Position numbers and translations under genes: made by a program. A DNA stretch of 64,000 nucleotides, from contig NW_024704743.1 of the NCBI RefSeq assembly GCF_018977255.1, forward strand, positions 108,068,001 to 108,132,000. Reading direction: 5' to 3'. This DNA is from Callorhinchus milii (taxonomy: Eukaryota). The notes under the pieces are model-generated. The model was not told the origin of the DNA and did no database searches. It saw only the letters and a program-made list of their open reading frames with translations. Shown here in pieces: positions 1 through 12,849 of the stretch (positions within the stretch are counted from its first letter, which is position 1; each line of letters opens with the position of its first letter).

Positions 1-90
1 TTTGCAGTATATTCTGTGAAGCACTTTGAGACATTTCGAAGACATGATAAGTGCTACATCAAATGCAAGGATTTTTTTTATTATAAACTG
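1..90 (+). mobile_element. 3' tail of tRNA-derived SINE (cut by window edge)
   Basis: gtgaagcactttgagac...aaatgcaagga tail shared with the other SINE copies in the window. Confidence 0.8.
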
Positions 91-105
91 TGATCAACAT
101 TAAAC

Positions 106-520
106 TGAAGTGGGATGCTCTCTTATGACTACTAATTCCAGTTGGGCTGCTCAGTTCTTTACCCTTTTCAGGTCAATAAACAAGAGCACCTGGGTTCAAT
201 TCCTAGCAGGGTCAAACATTGGGCAAGTTTCCATACTCTACACACCTAGCAGTGAGTAGCAACTCAGCCATTAGTTGATTGGCAGATCGCTTTTCCGGGG
301 TAATAATCCCTTCAAAAAAATGAAAATAAATAATAATAATAATTTGATCGCTTGATCCACGACTGTTTGTGAGACACTGCTGTGCGCAATTGGCTGCCGT
401 ATTTTGACCACAAAATATACAGCCAATTTACTTTACAGTATATTCTGTGAAGCGCTATAAGATGTCTCGAAGACGTGATAAGGCACAATATCAAATGCAA
501 GGATTATTATTATTATTATT
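106..520 (+). mobile_element. tRNA-derived SINE, variant with extra 5' segment
   Basis: B-box ggttcaattcc at 193-203, SINE body, L2-like tail ending (tta)n; 106-180 matches 32546-32619. Confidence 0.85.
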
Positions 521-974
521 ACCTTGCTTTCATCAGTTAATACCTTCGTAGCTGATCTGTCAGCATGGAAATTTTTTTGATTCCAAAACGTAATGGTTTA
601 CTACAGTAATAATGGCATCATGCCAGATTAGGTTTAATCATTAGAAATCTAGTCTAAAAAAGCTGTATTTTAAGATCATGCTTCGTCTATTAGCTTTCAA
701 CATCTAGTGTATATAAGATCATGCTTATTTATGAAACAATATGCTTGCTATTAGGAAAGACTGTAACAGATCACCTTGGCTGTGATCACACAGTAAACAT
801 GATTTAAGACAGTAAGCAGATTTAGCAATGAACATCCAACCAACATCTTTCAATTTATTAAATCAGTTCAAAATGCATTTGTGTGTAAAATTGCAACAAT
901 CATGATTTGTCCACCGTAATTTTTTGTACTGTTATTTATGTAGGAATATTATTATTATTATTATAATATGCACT

Positions 975-1300
975 CAGCACCAGACTGCCTATCAGACATC
1001 AAGTTCTGGATGAGAGCTGACTTTCTCCAGTTGAATGTCAACAAGACATCAGCACATCTATACCTCGGCCCCTGACAGCATCACCCTCATGGATGCACTC
1101 TACACTTCATGGAGCCAATACGAACTTTGGCGTACTGTTTGACCCTCAACTGTGCTTCATAACCGACATCCGTGCCATGACCCGCTCCATCTTTTCCCAC
1201 CTCCGCAACATTGCCGGACTCTAGCACTGTCTCTCACTGCAGGCCCCGACACCCTCATCCACACGTTCATCACATCCAGGCTCAACTATGCAAACTCCCC
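975..1300 (+). mobile_element. Degraded L2 LINE ORF2 fragment
   Basis: Nucleotide similarity to the adjacent L2 copy (gacatcaagttctggatgagag; ttcatcacatccaggctcaactatg) with internal deletions. Confidence 0.75.
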
Positions 1301-1324
1301 CACATCCAACCCAGTGGGTGACAT

Positions 1325-2407
1325 CCAGCCCAGTCGGTCACCTCCTCTTCACCCTCTATATGCTCCCCCTTGGTGACATCATCCGCAGACATGGGGTTAA
1401 CTTCCACATGTATGCGGATGACACCCAACTCTACCTTTCCTCTTCTACCCTCAACTCCACGACCACCGATGTCCTGACAGCCTGTCTGTCTGACATCGAG
1501 TCCTGGATGAGAGACAACTTTCTTCAGCTCAACGTGCGTAAAACTGAGGCCCTCCTGATTGGCTCACGTCAGCGCCTCCGCACCTCAGGCGCTGACACCA
1601 TCAGCATCCAAGGCTGCACTCTCCACCTCTCAAAGCCGGTCAGGAACCTCGGCGTTCGGTTCAACCCTGAGCTGTCCTTTCTTCCTCATATCCGCACCAC
1701 AACTGGCACCGCCTTCCACCACCTCCAAAACATCACCAGACTACGGCACTACCTCACCCCTCACGCTGCTGAAACACTGGTCCACACCTTTATCACCTCA
1801 AGGCTGGACTATGGGAACTCTCTCCTCGCCGGCCTTCCCGGCACCTCCCTCCACAAGCTGCAGGTCATTCAGAACTCTGCAGCTCGTGTACTGTCCCACA
1901 CCAGGCTTCGGGACCACATCACTCCCACCCTCGCTCACTTCCACTGGCTCCCCATCCCCCAGAGGATCGAATTCAAGATCCTCATCCTCACCTACAAGGC
2001 CATTCACGGCCTTGCTCCCTCCTACCTCTCTGACCTACTATCCCCCTACTTACCTGCCCGTACCCTCCGTTCCTCCGGCTCAGGTCTGCTCCACATCCCC
2101 CGCCCTAACCGCCCTACCATCGGTGGCCGGGCCTTCAGCCTCTCAGCCCTTAGGCTCTGGAACTCCATCCCCCAGTGCCTTCGCCTTGCTTCCTGCCTTT
2201 CCTCCTTCAAGGCCGGTCTCAAGACCTTTCTCTTTGACTGTGCCTTTAGCTCCCCTCTCGACTCTCTGCACCCTCCTTGCTCCCTCCCTTCCCTCCCCTC
2301 ACCCTGACCATTTTCCCTTTGCTCGGGTCCTGACCCAACTGTCCAGCGCCTTGGGACGTCCTCCCGACATGAAAGGCGCTCTATAAATGAAATCTTGTTG
2401 TTGTTGT
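1325..2407 (+). mobile_element. 5'-truncated L2 LINE with open RT and C-terminal ORF2 frame
   Basis: ORF 1288-2307 contains [42 protein letters not shown]; 3' hairpin agcgcctt..aaggcgct at 2345-2380; (ttg)n tail. Confidence 0.95.
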
Positions 2408-2439
2408 TTATCCGGCCTGAGACCATTTCCAACAGGGGC

Positions 2440-2502
2440 AAGAGAAATGGGATAAAGGGGGAGAGAAAAGGAAGAGAGGGGGAGAGAGGAGAGGATAGAA
2501 TA

Positions 2503-2537
<35 letters not shown>

Positions 2538-2795
2538 CATAGCTAAGAAAGGGAGTGAGAGAGAGAGACTATGTGAGGTGGGTGAGTGTGAGAGGCGGAG
2601 AGTGAGAATGTTAGAGGGTATGAGTAGGGGAGTGAGAGAGAGTAATTGAGACAGTGTGTGAGAGAAGGAGAGAGAATGTACGCGAGAGAGTGCGTGAGAG
2701 AGAGGGGGTAGAGAGAGCGATTAAGGGACAGAAAGCATGAGGGAGGGGGAGAGAGCGAAATAAAAAGAGTGAGAGAGGAGAGAGAGAAAGGGGAA
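2440..2795 (+). repeat. Purine-rich (GA)n/(GT)n low-complexity tract
   Basis: Direct reading; perfect (ga)n run at about 2514-2537. Confidence 0.9.
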
Positions 2796-2829
2796 TTGAA
2801 GGCAGATGGACATCGAGTATCGTGCTGTG

Positions 2830-3215
2830 CAGTTTCCTCACAGAAAGCTCCCTCTTTCCCCAGTGAAAAACTCCTTTACATGTTTCGTTCCACCTCTCTT
2901 GCCACCCTACATCTGCGACCTACCGACCTGGCCGTTCACTTTGCAGAGCAAACGCCAGCTTGCTTCATGTCCGGCCCACCCCATCTCCCCCACCATTGCC
3001 ATTTTGTACCCACACTCTGGAGTTCGGTTCCTGGAGTCCCTCTGACTCCCTCCCTCCCCTCTTTCAAAGCACACCGAGACCTAACTCTTTTACCATGCTT
3101 TCGAGCATCCTTTCTCCTCCCCACCCCACCTTTCTCAGCTCCCACGCCCAGCTCAGGTGCCCAGCCGACAGTGCCAAGATGCCCTTCCAACATGAAAAAG
3201 GTGCTGTGTAAACCT
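2830..3215 (+). mobile_element. Old L2 3' fragment
   Basis: C-rich 3' region (cactctggag, ctttcaaagc) ending catgaaaaaggtgctgtgtaaa like the L2 tail. Confidence 0.6.
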
Positions 3216-3911
3216 AAATGGAAACGCAAAATATTGCTTATACGGCCAATAAATCTTTCTCAAATAGGGAATCCGCCCTGTGGCAACCAAAAGGTTGGAT
3301 CACCCTGGTCTAGTTAGATAATGTTTACTTCGACTCCTGTCAACCAAAGAATAGTGTTTTTTTATTTCTGAAAGTAAAACATGATTAAAAAAGACCAATT
3401 TTTCAAGTGCACACTGTACTTTATGCAAATACACGAATACAGCAGTTTTGTCATGTAGATAGCCTTTTTTTGCTATCAGTGCTTAACTTTAATGATTCTC
3501 TTGACTGCTGCTTTAGGCAGAATGCTTAAACCTTGATGCAGTCAACACAATTACTATAGGGCTAGCCAGCACTTGATGTACATTTTTCCAGTTCCTCGAC
3601 TTCACCCTAATCACAAATTTTGTGTTTGTTGCACAACCCATTCAACCTTTTGTGCTCATTGCTCCTGATTTGCTTCCTTGAGCACTTGGTTCAATTCCAT
3701 GAAACTTTTACATTGGAAATCCATCCAGAAGTTGATTCAGCCCATTCAATTTTTTTCCTCAGCAGTATAATTGGGATGGTGCCCCCTTTAGGTTATCAAC
3801 TGTGACAACTGCATAATGTTTAGCCTTTAACATCACAAAGGAGAATATTTCTTGTTTGACTTGTTCTGCAAGCATTGGTTACATGAGATTGGATTAAGCA
3901 AGGGATAGAGT

Positions 3912-4230
3912 TACATAGAGTAAGAGGGAACAGAAACGGGCCATTCAGCCAAACTAGTCTATTGCTGGTATTTATACTCCACACCAGCATCAATCTTTCA
4001 TATTCTCCTATCCAAATAACCCTCCACTCACCTCTCCCTCATGTACACATACATTTTTTCTTAAATAATTTAATGTAATTTGCTTCAACCAGTTTCTGGT
4101 AGTGAATTCAACATTCTGACCACCCTCTACATGAAGAACTCCCTTTTAAAATCTACAATTGGCTCTCTTATAATTATACCCTCTAGTTTTGGACTCAAGA
4201 AACAAGTGGAAACAGCCTTTCAACACACAA
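3912..4230 (-). mobile_element. Old CR1 LINE 3' fragment
   Basis: ggccattcagcc terminus and gtgaattcaacattctgaccaccctct, paralleling the CR1 at 10199-10872. Confidence 0.6.
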
Positions 4231-5082
4231 CTTACCAGTCAAAGATTGAAATATACTGTAAATACCTTTCGACTAATCCAACTTCTCAAAATCTGCAGAC
4301 TGTTTTAAAACAGGAAACAGAGTAAACATTGATAACAGTGAGGAGTAATGTGACTGTCATCATTTTATGATATAATCAGCTTTGTAACTTACTTTGTTTA
4401 CATTTACATTTTACATTACTTTGTAACATTTAAACAGAACTTTAAAAAAGTATTTTTTTAAAAGTATGAAACCAATGAGTAAGTTATGCATGGAGAGGTT
4501 GTTTTTACTGAAATGAAAGATAGATTGTGTTTATCTGCAACATAATAGCTAGACATTAAGAAATGCAAGGAACTTTCTCTAATATGTATACATTCTTTAG
4601 TACATTAACTCTCTCATCATGGCATGTTGTTGTAATTTACAAACCATTTATTATTTTGCATGATAAATTATAGTTCACAATGTTGTCAGTGTGACTTTTT
4701 TGCGCATATCATTGGTGTTCCTAACAGGCAGAATAACTTTTTTTTCCTCAAGACTTCTAACATCTCATAACCTCTAGTTACCCTCTGAGTAAAGATATCC
4801 ATCTTGTGCTGGAATTGTCTTTGCAACCCTAAAGCTGTGTCTTATTGTTTTTGCTGTGTTGGTGCAATGAAAAGTATTGTTCTGGGTTTCATTTCTCAAT
4901 TTCATTGAACAAAGATCTTAATCTGTCAAATCATTGCTGACACCTCACTCTTCTAATCCTGGATATCAACCTCATTGTTCTCCTATGCATACATTAAAAA
5001 GTTCAGCAAAGCAAACTCCAGGTTATCTTGAAAATATATAACAATTATGGGAGAAACAAAAAATATGACCCTAAAGCATATT

Positions 5083-5449
5083 AATAATAATAATCCTTGC
5101 ATTTGATTTTGCCCTTTATCACGTCTTCTAGTCATCTCAAAGCTTCACACATTAAAGTGAATTAACTGTATATTTTGTGGGCAAAACGTGGCAACCAATT
5201 TCTCACAGAAGTGTCCCACATGCAGTCATGGATTGAGTGACCAACTTATTATTATTTATTATTTTTTTGAAGGGTTTCTTACCCCCAGGAAAGCAATCCG
5301 CAAATTGACTAACAACCAGATTCCTTCTTACTGTTAGGTAAACGTAGGCACGTAAAGTAAAGAAACTTGTCTAATGTTTCGCCCTACCCAAAAATCAAAC
5401 CTAGGTCCTCTCGCTTGCGAGGCCTTTAACCAATATGCTGCAGGATGCC
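5083..5449 (-). mobile_element. tRNA-derived SINE
   Basis: (aat)n-ccttgcatttga tail at left, degenerate tRNA head at right. Confidence 0.85.
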
Positions 5450-6060
5450 ACAAGTATCATATTCATAGCCTATCATAAAAATTATGCATCCAGGAAGCAT
5501 GGGGAGGTGACGAAAGACAAGTAAAATGAATGGACGTGATGGGACAAGGTGATGAAGGTGGTTTAAGATACAGTACAAGGTATTAAACCAGTAGGTGTGA
5601 ATTGAACTGAAGCTTGACCCCTGTAATTCACTCAAGGCTGTCATTTTCCTTAGAATCTTAAACAATTTTTGACATTATGAAATATAGCTCTTTAATGATG
5701 TGAAAAAAANCCGCCAGAGGCTAGTTTTCTGCACAAAACTACCGATTAAAAACATGGTGGAGTGAGCAGTATAAATATGAATATTTTACTATGCAGATAA
5801 GTGTGAAGTCTCTTGGCTCCCGGCACTTTCATAGTAACATGAATCTTTGTATATCTCTATGAGTAAAGGGTAGAGAAGGAAAGAAAATGCACACATACAA
5901 ACACAAAAATACATAGGTACAGTGCAAATGAATTTATAAGGATAAATGTTTCATTGTTGTCAATATGCAGATTTTGATGCCTAACACATATTCGAAGTTT
6001 CAGTAACCAAAATAAAAAGGCAAACAAGAAATTGGCAAATTAGTGCCCGCTAAAATTAAA

Positions 6061-6440
6061 AATAATAAAAATAATAATTAGTCTTACATTTGATATTGTG
6101 TCTTTGACGTCGGGAGGATGTCTCAAAGCACTTCCACAATACGCTGTGAAGTGTAGAGATTTTGTGAATTGTGAGTGAAGGCAGTAGCCAATTTGCACGT
6201 AGCAATGTCCTACATACAGCTGTGAGTCACCAATATTATCTGAGGGATTGTTGACCAGATCACCAGAAAAAACTCTCTTCACTTGCTGAATTGTGCCATA
6301 GGACCTTTAATGTTCACCTGAACAGGCAGATGGGACTTCTGTTTAACATCTCATCAGAAGAACAGCACCTCCTGGGGCTTGAACCCACAACCTTCTGACT
6401 CAGAGGCAAGAATGTTATTAACTGAACCAGGTTAACACCT
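6061..6440 (-). mobile_element. Deu-domain SINE (SacSINE1/AmnSINE1-like)
   Basis: Minus strand reads gcctctgagtcagaaggttgtgggttcaagcc (tRNA head) then gatgagatgttaaac...catctgcctgttcaggtgaacattaaag (Deu core as recalled), then L2-like tail. Confidence 0.75.
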
Positions 6441-6645
6441 GCCACTTGACCAGATTTTCAGGTTCACGTACATTGAAAGAGTACATCTTATCAAGAGACC
6501 CAATTTGATGTGACAGGTATGCATGGATAGGACATTAATGGGGATGTCCTACAATAATTGTGTGAATAAACGCTCCATGACTAGCTATTCATCAGTTATT
6601 TCACTTACATTCAGAAACATCATTAGTGCACTGTCTAGTATTGGG

Positions 6646-9483
6646 CTCACCGAAACCTGCTTTCCCACAATGACCCCGTTCTCCTAGTGGAAGCCTTCCC
6701 TCCAGGCTACACCTTCCACCACACCCCTCGTCCAAACCAGCGTGGCGGCGGGGTGGCCTTCATTTCCAAAGCCTCCCTTGGTCTTACCCCCTACACCTCT
6801 GGCTGCTTCCCCTCCTTCGAGCACCTCACCCTCTTCCACCCCTCTCTCCCATTGAAAATCCTCCTCGTCTACCACCGCCCTAAGCCCCCCAGCTCCTTCC
6901 ACACAGACATCCCTTCTCACCTCTCTTCCATGTCCCTCTGTTCCGAGTGCCTGCTCATAATGGGCGATTTCAACCTCCACCTAAACTCCCCCTGCACTAC
7001 TTCTGCCGACTTCACTGCCCTCCTCTCCTCCCTAAATCTCACACTTCATATAAATTCACCTACCCACAACCATGGTCATGCCCTTGACCTCGTTATAACC
7101 CATGGCCTTGACATCTCCGACCTCAACATAGTAGACAAGGTCATCTCGGACCACTTCTTCATCTCCTTCTCCTCTCACATCACTCTCTTCCATCAAACCC
7201 TCAACCATCCTCTACCGCCCTTGGAAAAGGCTACTCCCTGAGACCCTCACAAAGACCCTCACATTATTAAATATCCTCTCCGTCTGGCCTTCCATCCTCA
7301 GAAATCCTGAAGCAGCTGTCCAGCTGCTCCATGATCGCCTCTCGTCCACCTTCAACTCCCTCGTCCCCCTGAAATCCAGGACCATCTCCAAACTCACCCG
7401 ATCCCCCTGGTACAACAACCATCTCCGCCACCTAAAAACCCAAACCTGGCTGCACGAGCGCAGATGCCGGAAAACTGCCCTGACAGTTCACCGCCAACTG
7501 CGGCTCGAGCATCTCCACAGCTACCGCTGATCTTTGACAAGCGCAAAAACGGCCTTCTACTCCAACATCATCTTGGAGGCTAAACACAACCCTAAATTTC
7601 TTTTTTCCACCACCCACTACCTCCTTCATGCCCCCCCACTCAGGCCTCCTCAATCTTCATATCAAATGCCAAATGCGAGGTGGTCATGGACTTCTTTTCA
7701 TCTAAAATTCACAACATCTGCTAGGCAGCCTCATCCACCTGCCTCTTATCACCCACCACCACGCCCTCTCTTTCCCCCTCACCCTCCCCATCATCTGCTC
7801 CCAACACTCCCATCCTACATTCCTTCCTCCCCATCTCTCCCTCCTCCTTCTCACCCACTATCACCTCCATGAATCCCACCACCTGCTGTCTCGACTCCCT
7901 CCCCACCAACTTGCTGGTCACCCAGCTCCTCCTCCTCTGCCCACTACTTGCTGACGTCATCAACCAGTGCCTCTCCTCCGGATCAGTCCCTGCCCCCCTC
8001 AAAACTGCTGTCATCACCCCCTCCTCAAAAATCTTCCCTAAATCCTTCAAACCCCAGCCACTACCATCCCATTTCTAACCTGCCTTTCCTTGCAAAGTCC
8101 TAGAATGCATTGTTGCCAATCAACTTCACGCACACCTCTCCTCCCATTCCTTCTTCGAACCCCTCAAGTCCGATTTCCGCCCTGCCCTGTGCTTGTGAAA
8201 GTCACAAATGACATCCTCTCTATCTGTGACCAGGGCTCCCTCTGCCTCCTTTTCCTCCTTGTCCTCTCCGCGGTGTTCGACACAGTTGATCACACCATCC
8301 TCCTCCACCGCCTTTCCTCCGTCATCCACCTCAGTGGGACCGCACTCGCCTGGTTGGGGTCCTACCTCACAAACCGCCAGCAGTAGATCTGCACAAACGG
8401 CTTCTCCTCCCGCTCTCACCCGGTTATCGTGGGGTACCCCAAGGATCCATCCTTGGCCCCCTCCCCTTTCTGATCTACATGCTCCCTCTTAGTGATGTCA
8501 TCCGTAGACATGGGGTAAATTTCCACATGTATGCGGACGACAACCAATTCTATTTTTCTACCTCTCTTTGCGACCCCCCTGTCCCCTGATGTTCTGTCAG
8601 CCTCCCTGACAGATCTCAGGGGCTGGATGAGCACAAATTTCCGTCAGCTGAACGTTGACAAGATGGAAGCCATAATCTTTGGCTCTCATCAATGTCTAAA
8701 ATTTCACGGCTCTCACCTCCTCCACCTACCCGACCTCCCACTAAAACTCTCCAAACCCGTACGCAATCTAGGCGTCAGGTTCGACCCCCAATTATCCTTC
8801 CTCCCCCACATACGGTCCCTCACCAGCACCGCCTTTTTCCACCTCCGACACATCGCCCGTCTCCGCCAATACCTCTCTCCGAAAGCCGCTGAAACCCTGG
8901 TCCATGCCTTTGTCTCCTCTCGGCTGGATTATTGTAACACCCTCCTCACCGGTCTCCTATCCACTACCATCCATAAAATCCAAATCATTCAAAACTCTGT
9001 CGCCTGCATTCTCACCCACACCAATCTCCATTCCCCAATCACCCCAGTCCTTGCCAGACTGCACTGGCTGCCTATCCCAGAGAAGATCGACTTCAAGATC
9101 CTCCCCCTTGTATTCAAATCCCTCCACTCCTCTGCACCCCCGACCTCTCTGACCTCCTCTCTCCTCAAAACTGTACCCGTTGCCTTCGTTCCTCTGTGTC
9201 TGACCTCCTCCTCATCCCCCAAATTCTCCGCTTCACCCTCGATGGCCATGCCTTTAGCCACTATGCCCCGAGGCTCATGAACTCCCTTCCGCATTCCCTT
9301 CGCCTCGTTCTCTCTCTTCCTATTTCCAGGTCCCTGCTGAAGACCTTTTTTTTCGACCGCGCCTTTGGTCACCTTCCTCCTCCTCCCCCTGGCCCGGCCC
9401 CGGGATCCGTTACTGTGAAGCTCTCTGAGACGCCATCTGGTGTGAAGGACGATATATAAATCCAAGTTATTGTTGTTGTTGTT
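6646..9483 (+). mobile_element. L2 LINE, nearly full ORF2 (APE endonuclease + RT), frameshifted
   Basis: LTET, RGGGVAFI, MGDFNLH, HGHALDLVIT, SDHF endonuclease motifs; RT pieces in several frames ([10 protein letters not shown], tatgcggacgac = YADD); (ttg)n tail. Confidence 0.95.
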
Positions 9484-10198
9484 GAATTCTATTTTTGCCA
9501 TTGATATTAATTTCCATTATCCCCAGGTCACTAAAGGATGTATCGCACAGATCATACTATTGGGTGATAATTTGTGGTCATGAAATATGGATTTTAATTT
9601 CACTCCAGTGAATTGTCCTGTCACTGAGCACTGAACTTTATCATTTGCATCTGAGTTATGAAAGAAATCTTATTACAGATAATGGCCTTTTACCAATGCT
9701 TCAATGTTTAGTTGAGAATTTGATTGTAAAATAAATTATGCAGTTCAATGTGAGCACTTGAGCACTTCTTAAAGGCTTTAATCTAAGGCAATCATATGTG
9801 ATCAACTGATGTGGTGAAATAACAGGGATCCTTCTCTCCAGCAGGAAATTCTCAAATATCATGCATTATTACAAATGCTTTATGAAAATAAGATGGATAA
9901 AATAGACCTCCCAACCTACTTACATATTAATGCTACATTCTCCTTCATTACAGCTGCAGTTCCAAATGTGTCTTAGGCAAACAGCATGATACTAAAGAAG
10001 CATTAGATCAGATTTTTCTGGAATTGTTTGGACCTCTAGGGATTACTGAAAATTACCATGTAGCAGACAGATATCTGTGTATAATTTACATGATCACTTT
10101 AAATGTAAGAAATAATACGCACACATTATGAGTAACACCACCAATATATTTTGAACACAGATCTTTATTGAAACAAAGTGCTGCCTCTAATTATAATT

Positions 10199-10872
10199 CA
10201 TAAGAACATAATAAGAATTAGGAGCAGGAGTAGGCCATTCGGCCCCTCGAGCCTGCCCCGCCATTCAATAAGATCATGGCTGATCTACTCTAACTCCACC
10301 TCCCGCCTTATCCCCATATAATAATAATAATAATAATAATAATCCTTGCATTTGATATAGCGCTTTTCACGTCGGGAGGACATCCCAAAGCGCTTCACAG
10401 AACACACTGTAAAGTGAATTGACTGTATATTTGTGGGCAATATCCCTTAATCCCTTTATCCACAAGAAATCTATCAATCTCAGTCTTGAATATGTTCAAG
10501 GACTGAGCATGTACAGCCCTTTGGGGTAGAGAATTCATAAATTCACTACCCTCTGAGTGAAGAAGTTTTTCCTCAACTCAGTGGCAAGGGCTTACCCCTA
10601 ATTTTAAGACTGTGATCCCTGGTTATAGTTTCTCCAACCAGGGGAAAAAGTCTCCCACTATCTATTCTGTCGTGCCCCTTAATAATCTTATAGGTTTCTA
10701 CAAGATCATCTCTCATTCTTCTATATTCTAGAGAATATAGGCCTAAATTGCTCAACCTATCCTCATAACTCATCCCCCTCATCCCAGGTACCAACCTAGT
10801 GAATCTACGTTGTACCCCCTCCAAGGCGAGTACATCCTTTCTTAAATAAGGAGACCAAAACTGCACACAATA
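10199..10872 (-). mobile_element. CR1 LINE 3' fragment
   Basis: ORF 10573-10896 YCVQFWSPYLRKDVLALEGVQRRFTRLVPG; terminus cataagaacata...ggccattcggcccctcgagcc. Confidence 0.92.
10320..10439 (-). mobile_element. 5'-truncated SINE (3' 120 nt) inserted in CR1
   Basis: (aat)n tail and hairpin; flanked by ATAT at 10316-10319 and 10440-10443. Confidence 0.88.
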
Positions 10873-10911
10873 GTCTATTGTGTATTCAATATTCAATACT
10901 TGAGGAGCAAG

Positions 10912-11210
10912 GCCCTCTGTGACCTCCTAACCCCCTACCAACCGATGCTCTCCCTCCACTTAGCGGACTCCAGCCTGCACCCCGTCTTACCTGTCATACC
11001 ATTGGCAGGCGGGCCTTCAGCCTCTCTGTCACCACCCTCTGGAACTCCATTCCACAGTCCCTATGCCTTGCCCCCTCCTTTGCCTCCTTCAAGAACCATC
11101 TCAAGTCAGTCACCCTCCTACCCTTACCCTACCACCTCAACACCCCACCACTCCTGATCCCAACCTCCAGCTTGGGTGCGGAATCTTGACTGTCCAGCGC
11201 CTTGGGTCTT
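10912..11210 (+). mobile_element. L2 3' fragment
   Basis: ccattggcaggcgggccttcagcc, ctctggaactccattcc, ctgtccagcgccttggg. Confidence 0.85.
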
Positions 11211-12614
11211 TTTATAATTTAATTCTCAGCAAATTACTGTGATAATAATACTAATAATAATGAAAACATATTTAAACTGATGAATAGCAACATGTAACAC
11301 AGACTATATCCTTTCAATAACAAATTGAATTGTTTGATATTCCACCCGGTGGTCAAACAAGCTATTTTTATCCTCAACAAGCTACATAGCTGATCTTACT
11401 TTATTCTCATAGTTATTTTACATCATAAAATTGTGGGCTTAGTCCACTGTAAAGGAAATTCTCTGTTTAGTAGGTCTATGCTCAATTTCAGAGATCATGG
11501 GATGAAAACTGTATTCTGTGTAATATTCATTAACATTGTGATAATAATTATCACATCATTGAAAATTCTAACTTTTTCTAAATTCTAACCCATCATCATC
11601 AACCACAACAACAACCTGCCCTTATATAGCACCCTTCACATGGGGTAGTATCTCGGAGCGCCTACCATGTAAAGCGGTTTTCTAATCAATCTTAGCTTCA
11701 TGGTCAGAGCAGTCAGGTTATTTTCCTCAGAGTACTGAGAGGAAGTTCAGGATTGTGACCTGCTTTGCGACCTTATGTGGAATGGAATCCTCTCATTCAA
11801 TTCCAAAAGCCAATCTAATGAAGAGGTAATGCGTTACGTCACTCAGTCAGTGGGCTGTATGAGCAGAAATAACTGACCTAATTGTGCTTGCCATTGTGGT
11901 ATTTAGCTCACTCTCACAGGTTACTACAGTATTCCTTTTGCTTCATGTGGATTCTCATTAAAGTCAGAGCTTAGCCTGCAAACACATCTGTGTGTAACTT
12001 ACCGACAATTTACATGACATAAAAATGAATACCTGCACTGATGTGACACAAAAGTAGCTATTTTATAATTGGACATGTTTTTCTCCTAATTATTTCACTT
12101 GAGCGCAAGACTAATCTGTTCAGGTCCAGCTTGACGGAAATGACAGTCGTGCCTCCTGTATGACACAGTGTCAGGCATACGTCATTAAGTTAAGTCAAGA
12201 TTAAGTTACAGCATGCTGCGGTGAATTATCCACCTTTACCTTGAAATAAATCAAAAAGAAAAGAAATTATAATAAATTATCTACCCATAAGCCTCTGACT
12301 TTTTTTTAAATAAAAAAGTATTGGTATCACTGCAAGAGACGACACAGGCTTTGACAAACCATCATAGAAATTCTGTATCCTGATTCATGACAACCTCACC
12401 AATGTGCAACAACAATAGCAACCTGCAGTTATATAGTGCTGCTCATGTAGAATAAGGACTCAGCATGTTTCACAATGGCGGTGTTTGATGCCGAGCAAGG
12501 GTAAAAGGGAGCGGAAGGTGACTATACGTGTGGTTGAAGAGATTGGGATTTAAACAACAATACAGAGGGCGAAGGTAAAGGGATAGATGCAAGGTGCTTC
12601 AGAGATTAGAAGTA

Positions 12615-12849
12615 TTTCCCAAAGTGTCTCCGCCTTGCCCCCTCCCTTGCCTCCTTCAAGACCCGTCATAAGACCCTCCTCTTTGATTGTGCCTTTGATC
12701 ACCCTCCTATCCCTACCATCCCGGCCCTCCTCCCCTCCTGATCCCAACCACCAGCTTGGGTGCGGATCCCTGACTGTCCAGCGTCTTGGGACGTCCTCCT
12801 GACGTGAAAGGTACTATATAAATGTAAGTTGTTGTTGTTGATGATGATG
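12615..12849 (+). mobile_element. L2 3' fragment
   Basis: ctgtccagcgtcttgggacgtcctcctgacgtgaaagg followed by (ttg)n. Confidence 0.88.

Noticed and set aside
1559..2540. Long overlapping ORFs (275 aa +, 164 aa -)
   Set aside because: Shadow frames of the C-rich L2 sequence.
5710..5710. Single N bases (5710 and 57105)
   Set aside because: Ambiguous calls beside poly-A runs; assembly noise.
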